Assembly: GCA_017654855.1 (NCBI GenBank)
Contig: CM030333.1
Location: forward strand, 2,852,001-2,916,000
Length of the DNA: 64,000 nucleotides
Direction of reading: 5' to 3'
Source: Podospora anserina
Lineage: Eukaryota
Positions 1 through 11,855 of the stretch are shown here, piece by piece. The notes below the pieces were generated by a model. The model was not told where the DNA came from and searched no databases. It saw only the letters and a list, made by a program, of their open reading frames with translations. Each line of letters opens with the position of its first letter. The stretch's first letter is position 1. Both the position numbers and the translations under genes were made by a program.

Positions 1-1946
1 CAACACTTCACGTACCAGCTCTTAGACTACCTAACCATACAGAGCACCATCCTTCTCCTACTTCTCGGCATATCAACCTACCAAGTTGTACACTTTCTGC
101 GAGCAAGAAACAGACCACCACTCCCAACCAGTCCGCCTGGTGAGTTTCTTCTTGGACACTACCGGCTAGTCCCTGAAGATGCCGCTTTCAAAAAGTATGC
201 AGAATGGTCAAAAGAGTATAGTACGTTGCCACTTTACGTTACAACCCCTCACAAAGGGATCAGTACCCGGTTGGGGTCTCTGACAGTATGCAGACAGCGA
301 TGTGCTCTTTTTTGAGACCTTTGGGACGAAGTGGATAGTATTGAACAGCTTGGAATCGGCAACAGAGCTGCTTGAGAAGAGAGGATCAAATTATGCGGAT
401 CGTCCGCGATTTGTGATGTTTGAGGAGTAAGTTCTGAAAACTAACCACACCTGAGTACCCCTTTTCAACACCCACCTTGATATAGAAACGCGGATACTTG
501 GATCGAAAAGGGTTTACAGAATCAACATCGGTAATCGAGCTTTCAACTGATGGAGCCAACACACAGAATGGGCTGGTCCCCAACTCTCACATGGCTTCGC
601 TGGGGGCCAAAATACCACCTTCACCGCAAAGTCTTACAGCCCCCTTTTGCCAAGTCCAAAGTAGGGCAGTATCAAGACTACCAGCTACGAGAGGCACTGA
701 TATGCTGCAAAAGCATGCTCGACGACCCGGAAAACTGGGTTATAGCCGTTAGACGGTTCGCAGTGGCCATCGTTTTGAAGATATCCTACGGGCTCAACGT
801 CGATAGCCCGGACAGCCAGTGGATTAAACTGGCGGAAGAGTCAGCCGAAGCGATAGGTAAATCAGGGCCACCGGCAAGTTCGATCATGGATCGATTTCCT
901 CTCAGTATGCTTTTTTCCTTCACTGGCATGTTGACCGTTGATACCTACTCATCAAATTTCCAGCAAGATACCTACCAACATGGCTACCCTTCATGGAACG
1001 CCTCCGCTACGCCCGAACCTGGCGCCACGCAATAGAAGACATCACCCGCCTCCCCTTCGAAGCAGCCATGTCCTCGCCCACCTCCCCAACCAAAAGCTTT
1101 GTCCACCACCGCATGGCCATCCACAACTCCAATCTCGAACGGTCTATCCCAAACGACTTCACCATCGAAGACATCAAAGGCGCCGCCGCAACGATAGTCA
1201 TAGCAGGCAACGACACGGTATTTTCCCCTCCCGTCCTTTTCCCACCCCCTATTCTAACCTTTCCAGACCGCCGCCACATTGATGCTCCTGGTATTATACC
1301 TCCTCAAAAACCCTCACGTCCAATCCCTCGCCCATTCCGAAATCTCCTCCCTCCCCCATAATCTCCCCACTTTCTCCTCCCTCCCCTCCCTCCCCTTCAC
1401 CCACCTCCTACTCCAAGAAACCTACCGCCTAAACCCCCTCTCCCCCCTCGGAATACCCCACTCCTCCATCCAGCCGGACACCTACAAAGGAATGTACATC
1501 CCACCCAACACAATCATTTACCAAAACATCTGGGCCATGAACCACAACCCCTCCATCTACTCCGACCCCGACGACTTCATTCCCGAACGGTACCTCCCCG
1601 TTGACCAAGGCGGCCGAGGTGAGCCCCTGCCACAGGGAAATTTCGGTTTTGGGAGGAGGGTCTGTATAGGACGACATCTGGCGGAGAATAGTCTGATGAT
1701 AGTTTTGGCCACGATACTCGCGACGATGGAGATTGGCGAGCCGGAGACGGGGGAGGTGGGTGAGGAGTGGAGTTTTAGGGGGCAGGCGTACGTATTTCCT
1801 GATGTGAAAAGGTGGGATGATTGCTGACAGGAAACAGGATTGTAATGCCGTTTAGGGCTTCGTTTAGGCCGAGGTCGGACAAGATGAAAGAGTTGTTGGA
1901 TGAGGCTGTTAAAAAGTTGGATGAAGAGGAGGGGGAAGATCGTTAG
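1..1946 (+). CDS. Cytochrome P450 (CYP64/OrdA-like group), 5' end outside window, 6 exons visible
   Basis: Frame from base 1 gives a TM anchor plus PPLPTSPP, then LLEKRGSNYADRP, I-helix AGNDT|TAA, ETYR (ExxR), PER and heme motif FGFGRRVCIG. GT..AG introns at about 221-293, 427-566, 905-963, 1218-1266 and 1789-1837; TAG at 1944-1946. Confidence 0.9.
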
Positions 1947-2184
1947 TTAGTTGGGTTATCGTGAAGGTGGTGCTCGTGGACGTGACCCAAGTATTAAAAA
2001 GTATTCTAGCTCGTTGTATCGACAGTAACGCTCCATATTTACCGGATCCCAAGCCCGAGCCATACCCAATATATGTACAAAAAAGAGTATGGCGCTCTGC
2101 ACCGAGTCCAGTCTGGTGTGCAGAGTCCGCCGGGTATCATTAGTTAAGTGTAATATTTCCCCTGAACTGAACAAATGAACGCCG

Positions 2185-3208
2185 TCATAGCTCATGATCA
2201 TCATTATCGCCCCCTGGGACGAACGAGTCCCCTGGCCCACCAGTCCCCTCGTAGCCCTGCATCGTCTTGCAGTCAAGATAGTTGTTCTCGATAAACGGAG
2301 TGGCGATTTGCACCCCGTAGATCTCTGTCCACTCCTTATCTGCCCCTTGGAACAAGGCATTCGTCCTCGCCTTGACACTACCCAGCACAGCCCTAGGTGC
2401 ATATTCCCCAGTCGACATGGTCGTGTTGAACAGTCTGATCATGTTGTCGCATGTCGTACCATTGGCAAAAGTCGGCTGGTTGGTGATGTTCTTGAACAAC
2501 TCCATCGGGTACGGGCTGAGGTTCAACGGAAGGCGCTTCATTTCCAACTCGATAAACTCGGCCGAGTTCACGCTTGAGCCCTTGAAGTGCGTGGCGCCGT
2601 TGGGTAGTGTCTCGTAGGCGTCGCAGAGAGGCTCGTACTCGGCTGGAGAGACAATGGTACCATAGGCTCGTGATCCATCCAAAGCAATGTCGTTGGTAGA
2701 ACTGATAAGCTGCGCTGGTGCCCATCTGAAGGAGGAATACCCATCACCCATAAAGTCGAGGAACGGAAACTCGAACCCAACACGCTAAGAATAGTTAGCT
2801 AACCCGGACCAATCGTCTTTGTATTTGAAACAAACACACCGAAAAGTCCTCTATCGTGATGCCATATGCCCTGAACTGAACATCGTGATCGTGGGCGGCT
2901 TGCAGCATGACAGGGTACATGCCCTCTGGAAAGTCTGGCAACAAAGATCGATAAGCCCCCTCGAGGATCCGGTACTGTGGTGGGATCAGGCGGCGAGCTG
3001 ACTCGAGGGAGATAGGAATGATGGCCAGCGTGGCATTGAGAACTCCGGTTGCACTGTTTGGGAATGATTCGGCGAGTATGTTCGGGAGGTCTTGCGAATA
3101 GCATACGCCGCCATTTGCCGGAGCTGACTTCCCAAGGCTGAGGAAGAGTGATGATAGTACCAGAACAAAGGCGGCCGAGATTGGCAGGATAGAAAATGGG
3201 AACGCCAT
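2185..3208 (-). CDS. Secreted/ER hypothetical protein, about 320 aa, 2 exons
   Basis: Signal peptide MAFPFSILPISAAFVLVLSSLFLSLG. ORFs 2795-3208 and 2185-2751 join through one intron (about 2786-2840) giving ..EDFS|RVGFEFPFLD..; ends in DDHEL. Confidence 0.75.
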
Positions 3209-4303
3209 GTTCGATCAATGCTGCTTTGCCGATGATTTCCAAGGGCTGTGCAAAGGGAAATATGAGGGGGACGTAGCGAATCCAGACAGCACCCGCTTAC
3301 CACCACACAGGACTCAACCAAAGTTGAGTAGAAAAAAGAGCAATATTAAAAATCAATCGCAAATGACATAACAAGAGGGAAAGAAGAAGACCCAAAGGAG
3401 TGTAGGTTCATGAGATGCGATCACCCAGACCTTTTGAGTGAAGTGCACTTCATTGTCCTGTCCCTCCCATTGCCCCTGGGCGGATGGGCGCTGGGCCCGG
3501 GGGAAGCAAGACAAGCTCCATCCGGGATCTGTTACATGCCTCCAACCTTGACATTTCGGACGGGCCAGTACATCCGTTTCGGAAGGGGGTGGATGCGAGA
3601 CCAGCTCTTCCCTGACGGGAGTGCGTGGGCCAAGACCAGATCTCCAGAGTGCCCTTGGGGTGCCCCCCTGTCCACGTGCACTCCCGAGAATGGCAGTTTG
3701 GGAACATTTCACATGGCCCACGGGACTGGCGACTGGCACAGCGAATTGGATGGGAGCACCAACACACTTGGAGGCGCGGAAGTCAGCGTTGCCGAAGGCT
3801 AACAGCGATAGTGGACGACAACTGGCGACCAACAGCCTGCTGCCCGCACGCCATGAGGAACATGAGGGAGATGCGGATAGCGGCCTAAAATGGGCAGAAA
3901 GAGAGAGAAAACGGAAAGTGGGCGTTACGCAGGGCGGGAACACCCAGTGTCGTGCCTAGGAGATCAAAAAGAAAAGGTCCCTGGGCCTCGGGGGTAGGCC
4001 GTGTTTCGTCCCGGATGCTCAGTGTTCCGGCGCACGCCGCAAGACCCTCCAAAAGTCAGCCCGCCAATTGGAGGTCATCTTTTGCCGTTGTTCCGGCGTG
4101 TTTCTGCGGGATTCTCGGCGGCATCATGAAATATCGATTCTTCGGCATGTTTCGGTGAAAACAATAGCGCTTTTTGACATGTCGTCAATCTTTGGTGGTG
4201 TTGTTGAAGTCAAGACTGAGATGCGTGGTCAAGGTTGATGGGCAGGTGGGAGATGCAAAGATGCGGGAGGTGCACGGGCCACTGAAGACTTGGAGCTGCC
4301 TGG

Positions 4304-5020
4304 CTACATCGCAGCTGCAAGCGGCCCGGCGAACTCAAGATCCGTTCTTCGTTGTGGACGGCAAAAAAAGACAGCGCAGATCAAAATCTCTGTTTCCTCC
4401 ACGGGATGAGGAAAACAATCCATCAAGAGAGGATATTTTGGGCAATTCCGATATGTTACCCTCGCGCTACACGCCAGTTGTCGCCTCTTTGTCGATCTGT
4501 TCCAGAAGGTGTGAGGGCAATGTTTCAGGAACGCTACAGATCCCTCACCTCCTGTCTGGCAGCTGTCCCGCAGCCGGTGACAACTGTCTTCAAGGTCCAC
4601 GAACACTTCTCCCCAGCTCAAAACACACAAGCCACTAGTCCGGCACTTGGTGGACCGACAAGACAAGAGTTTTGCTAGTTCGTCTAGTGGATGTCGTTTA
4701 GCTATTTTAAGATCTTTATCCAACAAGAGACAGCCCGGGAGATCCCAGCGGAGTGACATCCCGGAGCCGACTCGCACCAACATGTTCGGACGAAGGCTGT
4801 GATCAATCCACCATGCTGAACCAGGTGTTGACTCTAATGGGCGGGCATCATGGCATTGATACGCCAATATTTCACTATCACTATCCTGATTCTCACCCTC
4901 ATCCGAATCTATGGCTTTCGAGATATCAAAGTCTTTAGGGTCCCGCATGTCAGGCTCTGTTCTTTGGTTGGAGGATACTTCTTTCACGTGGCTATCAAGA
5001 GTCGCGAGGCATAGCATCAC
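4304..5020 (-). CDS. Possible hypothetical protein or gene relic (238-codon open frame)
   Basis: Long open frame with an acidic N-terminal part; no recognisable motif and no ATG at the ORF start. Confidence 0.25.
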   Translation of the reverse strand: MMLCLATLDSHVKEVSSNQRTEPDMRDPKDFDISKAIDSDEGENQDSDSEILAYQCHDARPLESTPGSAWWIDHSLRPNMLVRVGSGMSLRWDLPGCLLLDKDLKIAKRHPLDELAKLLSCRSTKCRTSGLCVLSWGEVFVDLEDSCHRLRDSCQTGGEGSVAFLKHCPHTFWNRSTKRRQLACSARVTYRNCPKYPLLMDCFPHPVEETEILICAVFFCRPQRRTDLEFAGPLAAAM

Positions 5021-5770
5021 TCTGTTGGTCTGTTTGTTAGAGTGACCGGGAATAGGGGCATTGCGGACTTACTGACCACAATATGTACTGCAGCTCAAGG
5101 CAGATGACACTCGCAAGACAGTGGTCTGAAGGTCAAATGGCCTTGTGAGGCGTTCTCAATGATGGATGAGGCATCTTGGTACAGTTCGCGTGACTTATCA
5201 GCGTATTGATTATGAATTGGCAAGCAAACGGTCCGAAACCCCCTCAGCACCTTCAGTTAAGCACGTTACACTGTTGAGTTTGTGCTTAAGATGGATACTA
5301 TTTCGTCTGTCGGCAATCGGACTTGTGGACCCAACGAGGATCCCCAAACAGAAAATGACCCAGATTCATATCACTCTCTCTTCATCTGTTTATTATCTCG
5401 AGGTATGAGGTCTCACGATTGACAAGCCTCCCCACTAAAAATGGTATCATGACCTAGTGAGAAAACTCGTGCCACCATGAATGACGCCCTCACAAATCAT
5501 CCGGCCCCATGTGAGCATGGCATCACAGGCCAGCGATGAAGTCGGCAAGCTTCTTGAGTGAGTATATAGACTCTCCCAGTCAACCCCTTACAGCTAGAAC
5601 TCTCCTCGTTCCAACAGTATTCACATCCATACAAGCACACACCCAGAGCCTCGACACAGTTCATATCAAGAGCATTCCTCATCTTCACACCCACACTCAC
5701 ATCAAACCAACTTTTTCTCCAAGGAGATTCACCAAACACAATCAGCAATTTCACCATCACTAAAGCAGCA

Positions 5771-6033
5771 ATGTCTTCCGGCGGCGGCGACAACTATACC
5801 TACAAGGGCAGTCACGGCGGCGGCAGCTCTGGCGGTTACGCGCCTGCCATCCCTACTCATCGAAAGAAACCACGCTCTCCCGGACCCCACCAATGAGGAG
5901 GCCTGGAAATTTCCTGGTCATAACGACGGCAATGGTGGCAACAAAGGGCAAGGGAGGTCACGGCGGCAACAGTGATGGTAATGGTAATGACAATCGCCAG
6001 GGGGGCGGGGGCGGCAGCGGTGTCAGGACCTAA
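5771..6033 (+). pseudogene. Small Gly/Asn-rich protein gene, apparently broken by two frameshifts
   Basis: CA-rich leader and ATG give MSSGGGDNYTYKGSHGGGSSGGY..; the same composition continues in the other two frames (PDPTNEEAWKFPGHNDGNGGN, then KGKGGHGGNSDGNGNDNRQGGGGGSGVRT*). Confidence 0.45.
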
Positions 6034-6649
6034 TGTGGCTGGAGTTGAACTCTCAACAATAATGCTTAGGCAGTTCGGGGTATTCGCTGGGAATGGACTG
6101 GATCTCTAATAGAACTGGCACATTTTGGTGTTTTGGGGTAGTTTTTGGTGGGTGAGGCAGATGCAATAGTTTTCTTGTCGCTTGGAAGGCAGTTGATTTA
6201 TTCTCAGAATTCGCGTTTGTGTGCCCTGATTATCAATTTTTCAATGTCGAGATGTGCGCATTATCGTCGTGATTGATGTAGGGATATAGTTTTGAGACAG
6301 TGTATGACTAGAGAGTGTGTTGCATATGGGCGGTGTTTGAATACAACATCTTGTATTATATTTCATCACGCTTGGTGATTCGCAACGCTGATTGGCTGGA
6401 GCTGAAAGGGGTTACCGTAATATTCATGGTTGTACGCCAAGCACCTGAAATCACAAGGTTCACAGTTATTTTTCTTTATGTTATTAGGCCGCCTTAAGGA
6501 TAGCTCGCTATGACTCGGCTTGAAGAGGAAATGATCAATTTCACGACTCATCTATAAATTCTGTGTTCAAAGCGTGTCCGTAGACAGTGTTCTTAAAAAT
6601 TCCTTCACTTTACCCTCCCATCTGAACTTCGTTTGCGAAAGTCGACATC

Positions 6650-8434
6650 ATGGACGCCGGTCGTGGAGACTTCATGGCCAAGTTTTTCGGCGAGATCATG
6701 CCCATGATCGAAGCTGCCCGCCCTGTCGCCAAAGTCTCAGCGCGTTTCGCCAACCAACGAGCATATAGCAAAGGGACCACCGCCGAGGAGCAAGAACCCA
6801 AAGATGGCATCCTCACCACTCTGTCCCAGATCAAGGCAACCGGATCGTTCGCGTCGTTCAAATCTGTCTTTGACCCTTTCGAGCGTCGTCTCGTTGTCAA
6901 GAACGTTGGGCCAATCAAGTTCCCAATTACCAAGTTATAGACACGCCAGTTGATCAAGAGAGCTCGTCAGGCCCCTTACGACAAAGGCAACAAGACCCTC
7001 GTCGACACCAGCGTCCGCAAGACGTGGGAACTGGATTTCGCATTTGGAAGACGCAGACACAGAAAAGAGCGAGATCACTTTGGACCACTCACCCGGCCCG
7101 TGGAAAGCATGGCGTGAGTTCAGTAACGCAATGCTCAAGGACATTGCCACCGACTTGGGCATTTCCACCACCTCCGGCCAGTCCATCTATGCGGAGCCAT
7201 ACAAGTTGCTCATTCACGAGGAAGGCGCCATGTTCAAGGCGCACACCGACACGGAGAAAATCCCCGGCATGTTCGGCACCCTCATCATTTCTCTCCCGTC
7301 AGCCCACCAAGGCGGTGACATTGTTCTCAAATACCAAAGCCAGACCACAATCTACAAAACCTCCGAACACAAGCAATCCTGGGCCTGCTGGTACTCTGAC
7401 GTCTCTCACGAAGTCCTCCCAATCCACTCAGGCTACCACATCGTCCTAACCTTCAACCTGGCCATCAGATCCGCAGGTCAAACCACCACCATCCCCCGTC
7501 CCATGGCCCCCTGACTCTTCTCCCAGGCAGAACCCCTCCGTCGGGCAGTCACAAAGTGGCTCCAGGAACCAGCACAACCCAAAGCCCTGTTCAACGTTCT
7601 CAGCTACACCTACACCCCCGCCTCCCACTCCATGCACCACCTCAAATCCCTCGACCTCCTCCAAACCCAAATCCTCCACCACCTCTCCACCTCCCTCCCC
7701 TTCAGCCTCCACCCCGTCGCCCTCGAACGAGAAGAATACGTCACCTGCTCCTACGACTCCGACTGCGAGCTCCCAAGCGGTAAAGTCCGGCGCGTCAACC
7801 TCAACGCCAAGCGCCCCAATCCCAACATCAAGCCCTGGCACGACCCAGATGACATTATCAGCGAGGAGCACAGGATCAAGTGGCTCGTCGATCTGGACGG
7901 CAAACCCATTGAGGGGGAGGACCTTATCTTGACAGAGGGGAATACCCTTCAGAAGAGACCGTTTGATAATATTACTGGTGAGGAGACAGAGTGGACGGGG
8001 TACATGGGGAATTGGGGACCAGAGCGACCCATTTGTATCGTGTCACGGCGTTGGTTTTGGTGGCTACGGGGACGGTTCCTGTTTCTGTGGATGATGATGA
8101 CGAGGAGAATGTCACACCGGGCGTCGCGGAATCTGGGGCTGCGGCATCTGGTATTGATGTACCAGCGGCTGCTGCTCCCGATGTTGCCACTCCCGGTGTT
8201 GCTGCCACCGCCGAAAACGGTAGGCATATTCCGGTGCCCGTTCCTCCCTCACGCATGGTTGGTGCAGTTCGCCCGAGTACCATGCGCAACGGTTATGTTC
8301 CCCTTGAAATAGTCAGAGACGCGGTTAAGCGCGCTCGAGAGGAGTTGGGCATGGAATCCGTAATCATCGGCGAAATGCATTTTCCTTTTCTTTTTGGATA
8401 TCAACACATGAATTTGACAACAAACAAAGCATAA
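6650..8434 (+). pseudogene. 2OG-Fe(II) oxygenase-superfamily pseudogene
   Basis: Family-like motifs ARQAPY..LVDTSVRKTWELD, YKLLIHEEGAMFKAHTDTEK (HxD), MFGTLIISLPSAHQGG, WYSDVSHEVLP (distal His) and GYMGN..ATHLYR. Interrupted by in-frame TAG 6938-6940, a frameshift near 7040, in-frame TGA 7512-7514 and a frameshift near 8020. Confidence 0.8.
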
Positions 8435-8556
8435 ACTTCACACACCTACACATAGAACTCTAATTAGAACCTTTTCACCTCCATATAACAGTCTCCCTCA
8501 TTTAGACTTTTTACATCACCCACAAACCTACTTTACCATTTCCATGACATATCCCC

Positions 8557-9776
8557 CTAAACCCTCTCTCTCACCACACCCCCCGTCACATTCGCCGGTC
8601 CATCCCACTGCAACCTCCCCGGCACCCTCTTCGCAATAACCGGCACCCAAACACTATCATACAGCCCCGGCCCCCCATCGGCCGCCCTACTCCCCGGCTC
8701 CAAACTTCCCAACTGCCTCTGATCCGTACAACACGGGCTATTAACCCCCCAAAACGGCCCCGCCGCCCAAGCCGTCCACCCAATATACTCCTCATTCTCC
8801 TCCATATACCCCAGCATCCCCTCCAACATCAGTTTACACTCCGTCGTATTCGAACCCCCAAACTCAGTAACAAACCCCTTCAACCCATGCTCCCTCAACC
8901 AACCCGTCACCCCCGCCAAGTTCGCCACCGGATCCTGCGTACAAGCCGTATGCCCCCCGCTAAAATCCTCATCCAAATACTCATGGATATCCACCGCCAG
9001 GTTTTTAATCGGGTCGACAAGTTTGTGAATCCATTTGCTGTTTGCCTCGTCACCTCCCTTTGTCCAGTAATGCCCACCCGACCAGGCGTTTCCTGGAGTC
9101 AAAATCATGTTGTTTGCTCCCGCCGCGCGGATTGCCGTGATGGCGGCTTGGAGGTTGGAGAAGACGAGCCGGGAGGGCATGCTATGCGGTTCGTTCATTA
9201 GACCGAACAAGACTTTTTCGTTGGTTTTAAAGCGGGAGGCGAGCTCGCCCCAGAAGGCCGCAAACTGGGCTGTTGTCGCGGCGGTGGGGTCGGAGGTGTT
9301 GCCTATGACGGAGCCGGAGAAGGGCTGGGAGGAGGGGTCGTTGTAGCGCATGTAGTTGTGGGGGTCGAGGATGGCGTCTGTTTCTGAGGTTAATGATGGT
9401 GAAGGAGAAGGGGGGGGGGAGGAGAGAACATACAAGCGCCCTTGGTGATGGTGATGTAATCTATCGCCTCTTTAAAGTGCTCAAAGTGAGTCTCGTTGAA
9501 CTTTGCCCCGAGGCCGTAAGACAAGGGGCACATCCTCTCAAGGAGAAAGGCAACCCGGTGGAGGTTGACCTTGTGGCTGTCGATCATGGTGTCGACGCCA
9601 GAGGTGGAGATGAAGGCGTAATCGACGCCGAAACGGCCGGGGAGACCGGTGCCGCGGGTTTGGGTCGGACTCCAGGCGCCGAACTCACCGCTTGATTGGG
9701 CGACGCCGGCGAAGTAGATCGTTGCGGATGTTGCTGGCAAAGCAGCAAGAGCTGCCAACGTTGGCGAGAACTTCAT
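8557..9776 (-). CDS. Secreted glycoside hydrolase family 5 endoglucanase
   Basis: Signal MKFSPTLAALAALPATSA, AILDPHNYMRY, acid/base LMNEPH, DIHEYLD, nucleophile VTEFGG, WTAWAAG; one intron at about 9377-9433. Confidence 0.93.
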
Positions 9777-10836
9777 TTTCAATCAGTACCAAGAAAGATG
9801 TCTTGTTGCCGAAAACTGACGAGTCCCGGGAAGGAAGCAATCAGTGAAGAAGGTGTCCGACTTTCAAACATTTTCATCGTGCTTGCCACACGACCATATA
9901 ATTTTAGTAGTAGCCGCAACGAAGCGGGATGAACGAGCGGGTGCAATCTATTTTCTGGAAAGCTTGACCGTGAGCCGAAGTCGATCCCCGATCTCCCATC
10001 TACTCGGGGCATGTTGCGGCTGTTCTTGTCGAATGGACGCCCGCTTATTGATGTGATCTTCAGAGGACAATCAATGGGAATGCGAGCTTGGCAAGGATGT
10101 GGTGATAACGGCGAGTTGGGAATGGCGGTTTTGGCTTCTGCCCTCGGAGAAATATGAAGCGGGCAGTCGCGAGGGCGGAGGGAGCCTTTCCGGGTGTGGG
10201 TAAATCTGCTGCGGTTGCCGTTGACGCGTACAAGGAGTGGCAGAAAACATCATCGTCACCATCATCACCACCACCACCAGACATAGAGTCAATCAGGACA
10301 AAAAAATAACAAAAGCTCACCGGCCAACTCCGTAGAGGTGGCCGGCTACGAAACCCTCGGTAGGGTTTTCTTCGTAATGGGGGGGCGGTCGAAGGGGGGT
10401 CAAATTCCTTGAAGGCCATCTTAAAGACAGGGCATCACTGAGGAGTCGAACTTAGGCGTTCACGGAGCAGTGCTTTCATACCGGGCATTGTTAGTTGCCT
10501 AATCCGGGCCACCTATGTCTTACCCGCTGAGCCATCTGACCATTCCAGTTACCAGATGAGTGCGTAGGTGGTTGCTGAAAGCTACTTCCAGGTTGCGGGC
10601 ACTGATACATATACCGTCAGACACTGTTGCGCCCTCGTATGTCCTCCACGCCACTCGCAACACAAACGCTGGTCAGTTTTCATTGCAGGTTGCTGCGGGC
10701 AAAGATCCTGACTGCCTTTGTGTTTTATCTCTATGAACCTGGCTACACCGAACCCAGTCGTCGACTTTCAATCTCCCACAGCTGCATTGCGCCTCAGACC
10801 TTTCGCAGAGACCCAGGCCCGATCTTTCGACAGACT

Positions 10837-11855
10837 TTAAGGCCCAGCCCGATTGGCATTCGGCGCAGCCTCACTCCAAACCGGCCCACCAGGAGCCACA
10901 TATTGTGTCTGCCCCTGCTGAATCCTCCACAGCTCAGCCAAGATCTATTAGAATACCTGTCAGCCTCAAATCCGCCACCAGCATACATCGTCCTCAATAG
11001 ACTTACACCAGGGTCTTCGGGCTTGTAAGCACCCGGCAGAGCAATTCCTGCAGGCAATTGCGTCGTCCCACCTTGTGTCACCCGAATCTGAGTGCAGCTT
11101 GGATAGAACTGCGCGCCCATCCTCGTCCCTGCAACGTGCAGGCCCAGAATCTCGTGACGAAGAAGATATTCACCCGGAGCTAGCTTCGGTGGGATAGTGA
11201 CGGACCACTTGGCGCCTTGTTCGCGAAGGAGGTCAGAGGCCCAGGGCGGATGACCTTGCGGGTTGTAGGAGAGCTGCTCGATCTTGACCCAGACGTTGCC
11301 GGTGTCGCCTTTGAAGGTCTTGCAATCGTTGTTGGCACATTTGGCGAGGTAACTGGGAAAACAGCCGTTAGGCGAAGATGGGATCAGTGTTAGAATGGGG
11401 AAGCTTACGTGAATACGGGGCCACTGTGGGAAGATCCCCATTGATCCCAGTTGAAAGTTCTAAGACAGTTGTGGTAAGTTGGGATGGACTTTGACAATAG
11501 ACAAGAAATACATTAGCACTTACACTTTGTCACCAGCCTTGAGCTCGATGATGCCCTGAGCTGGAATATTTCCACCAGCACCACACCTGGCGTATCATCA
11601 GCGGCCTAAAAGTCAAAGTCAGAAGTGGGAGATGGCTTGGACATACGTGATATCATTCGTCGTAAAATCGGGCACCGGTCCATTGTTGGCAAGCTGTCGT
11701 GCATAGCGGACAGGAGGAGGGTTCACGTAGTTGTCCTGTCCAACCTGCCACGCGAGATAGTTCTTTCCGTCCACGGTGATGCTCTTCAGGAAGCCATGTC
11801 CTGATACAAGGCTTGCAAGGCCAACGACCAGGGCCACAGTTGAAAGAGGTGTCAT
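10837..11855 (-). CDS. AA9 lytic polysaccharide monooxygenase
   Basis: Signal peptide followed by His1 (LVSG|HGFL), SSHSGP, PGEYLLRHEILGLH and GAQFYPSCTQI; multiple introns; TAA at 10839-10837. Confidence 0.93.

Noticed and set aside
3353..4158. Several 100-200 aa ORFs on both strands
   Set aside because: No motifs or coding-like composition; likely promoter or intergenic DNA.
10346..10378. Imperfect inverted repeat TACGAAACCCT..AGGGTTTTCTTCGTA
   Set aside because: Short and bulged, with no target duplication or element context.
10428..10500. GTTCGACTC B-box-like motif on the minus strand
   Set aside because: T-stem and acceptor stem do not pair; no cloverleaf.
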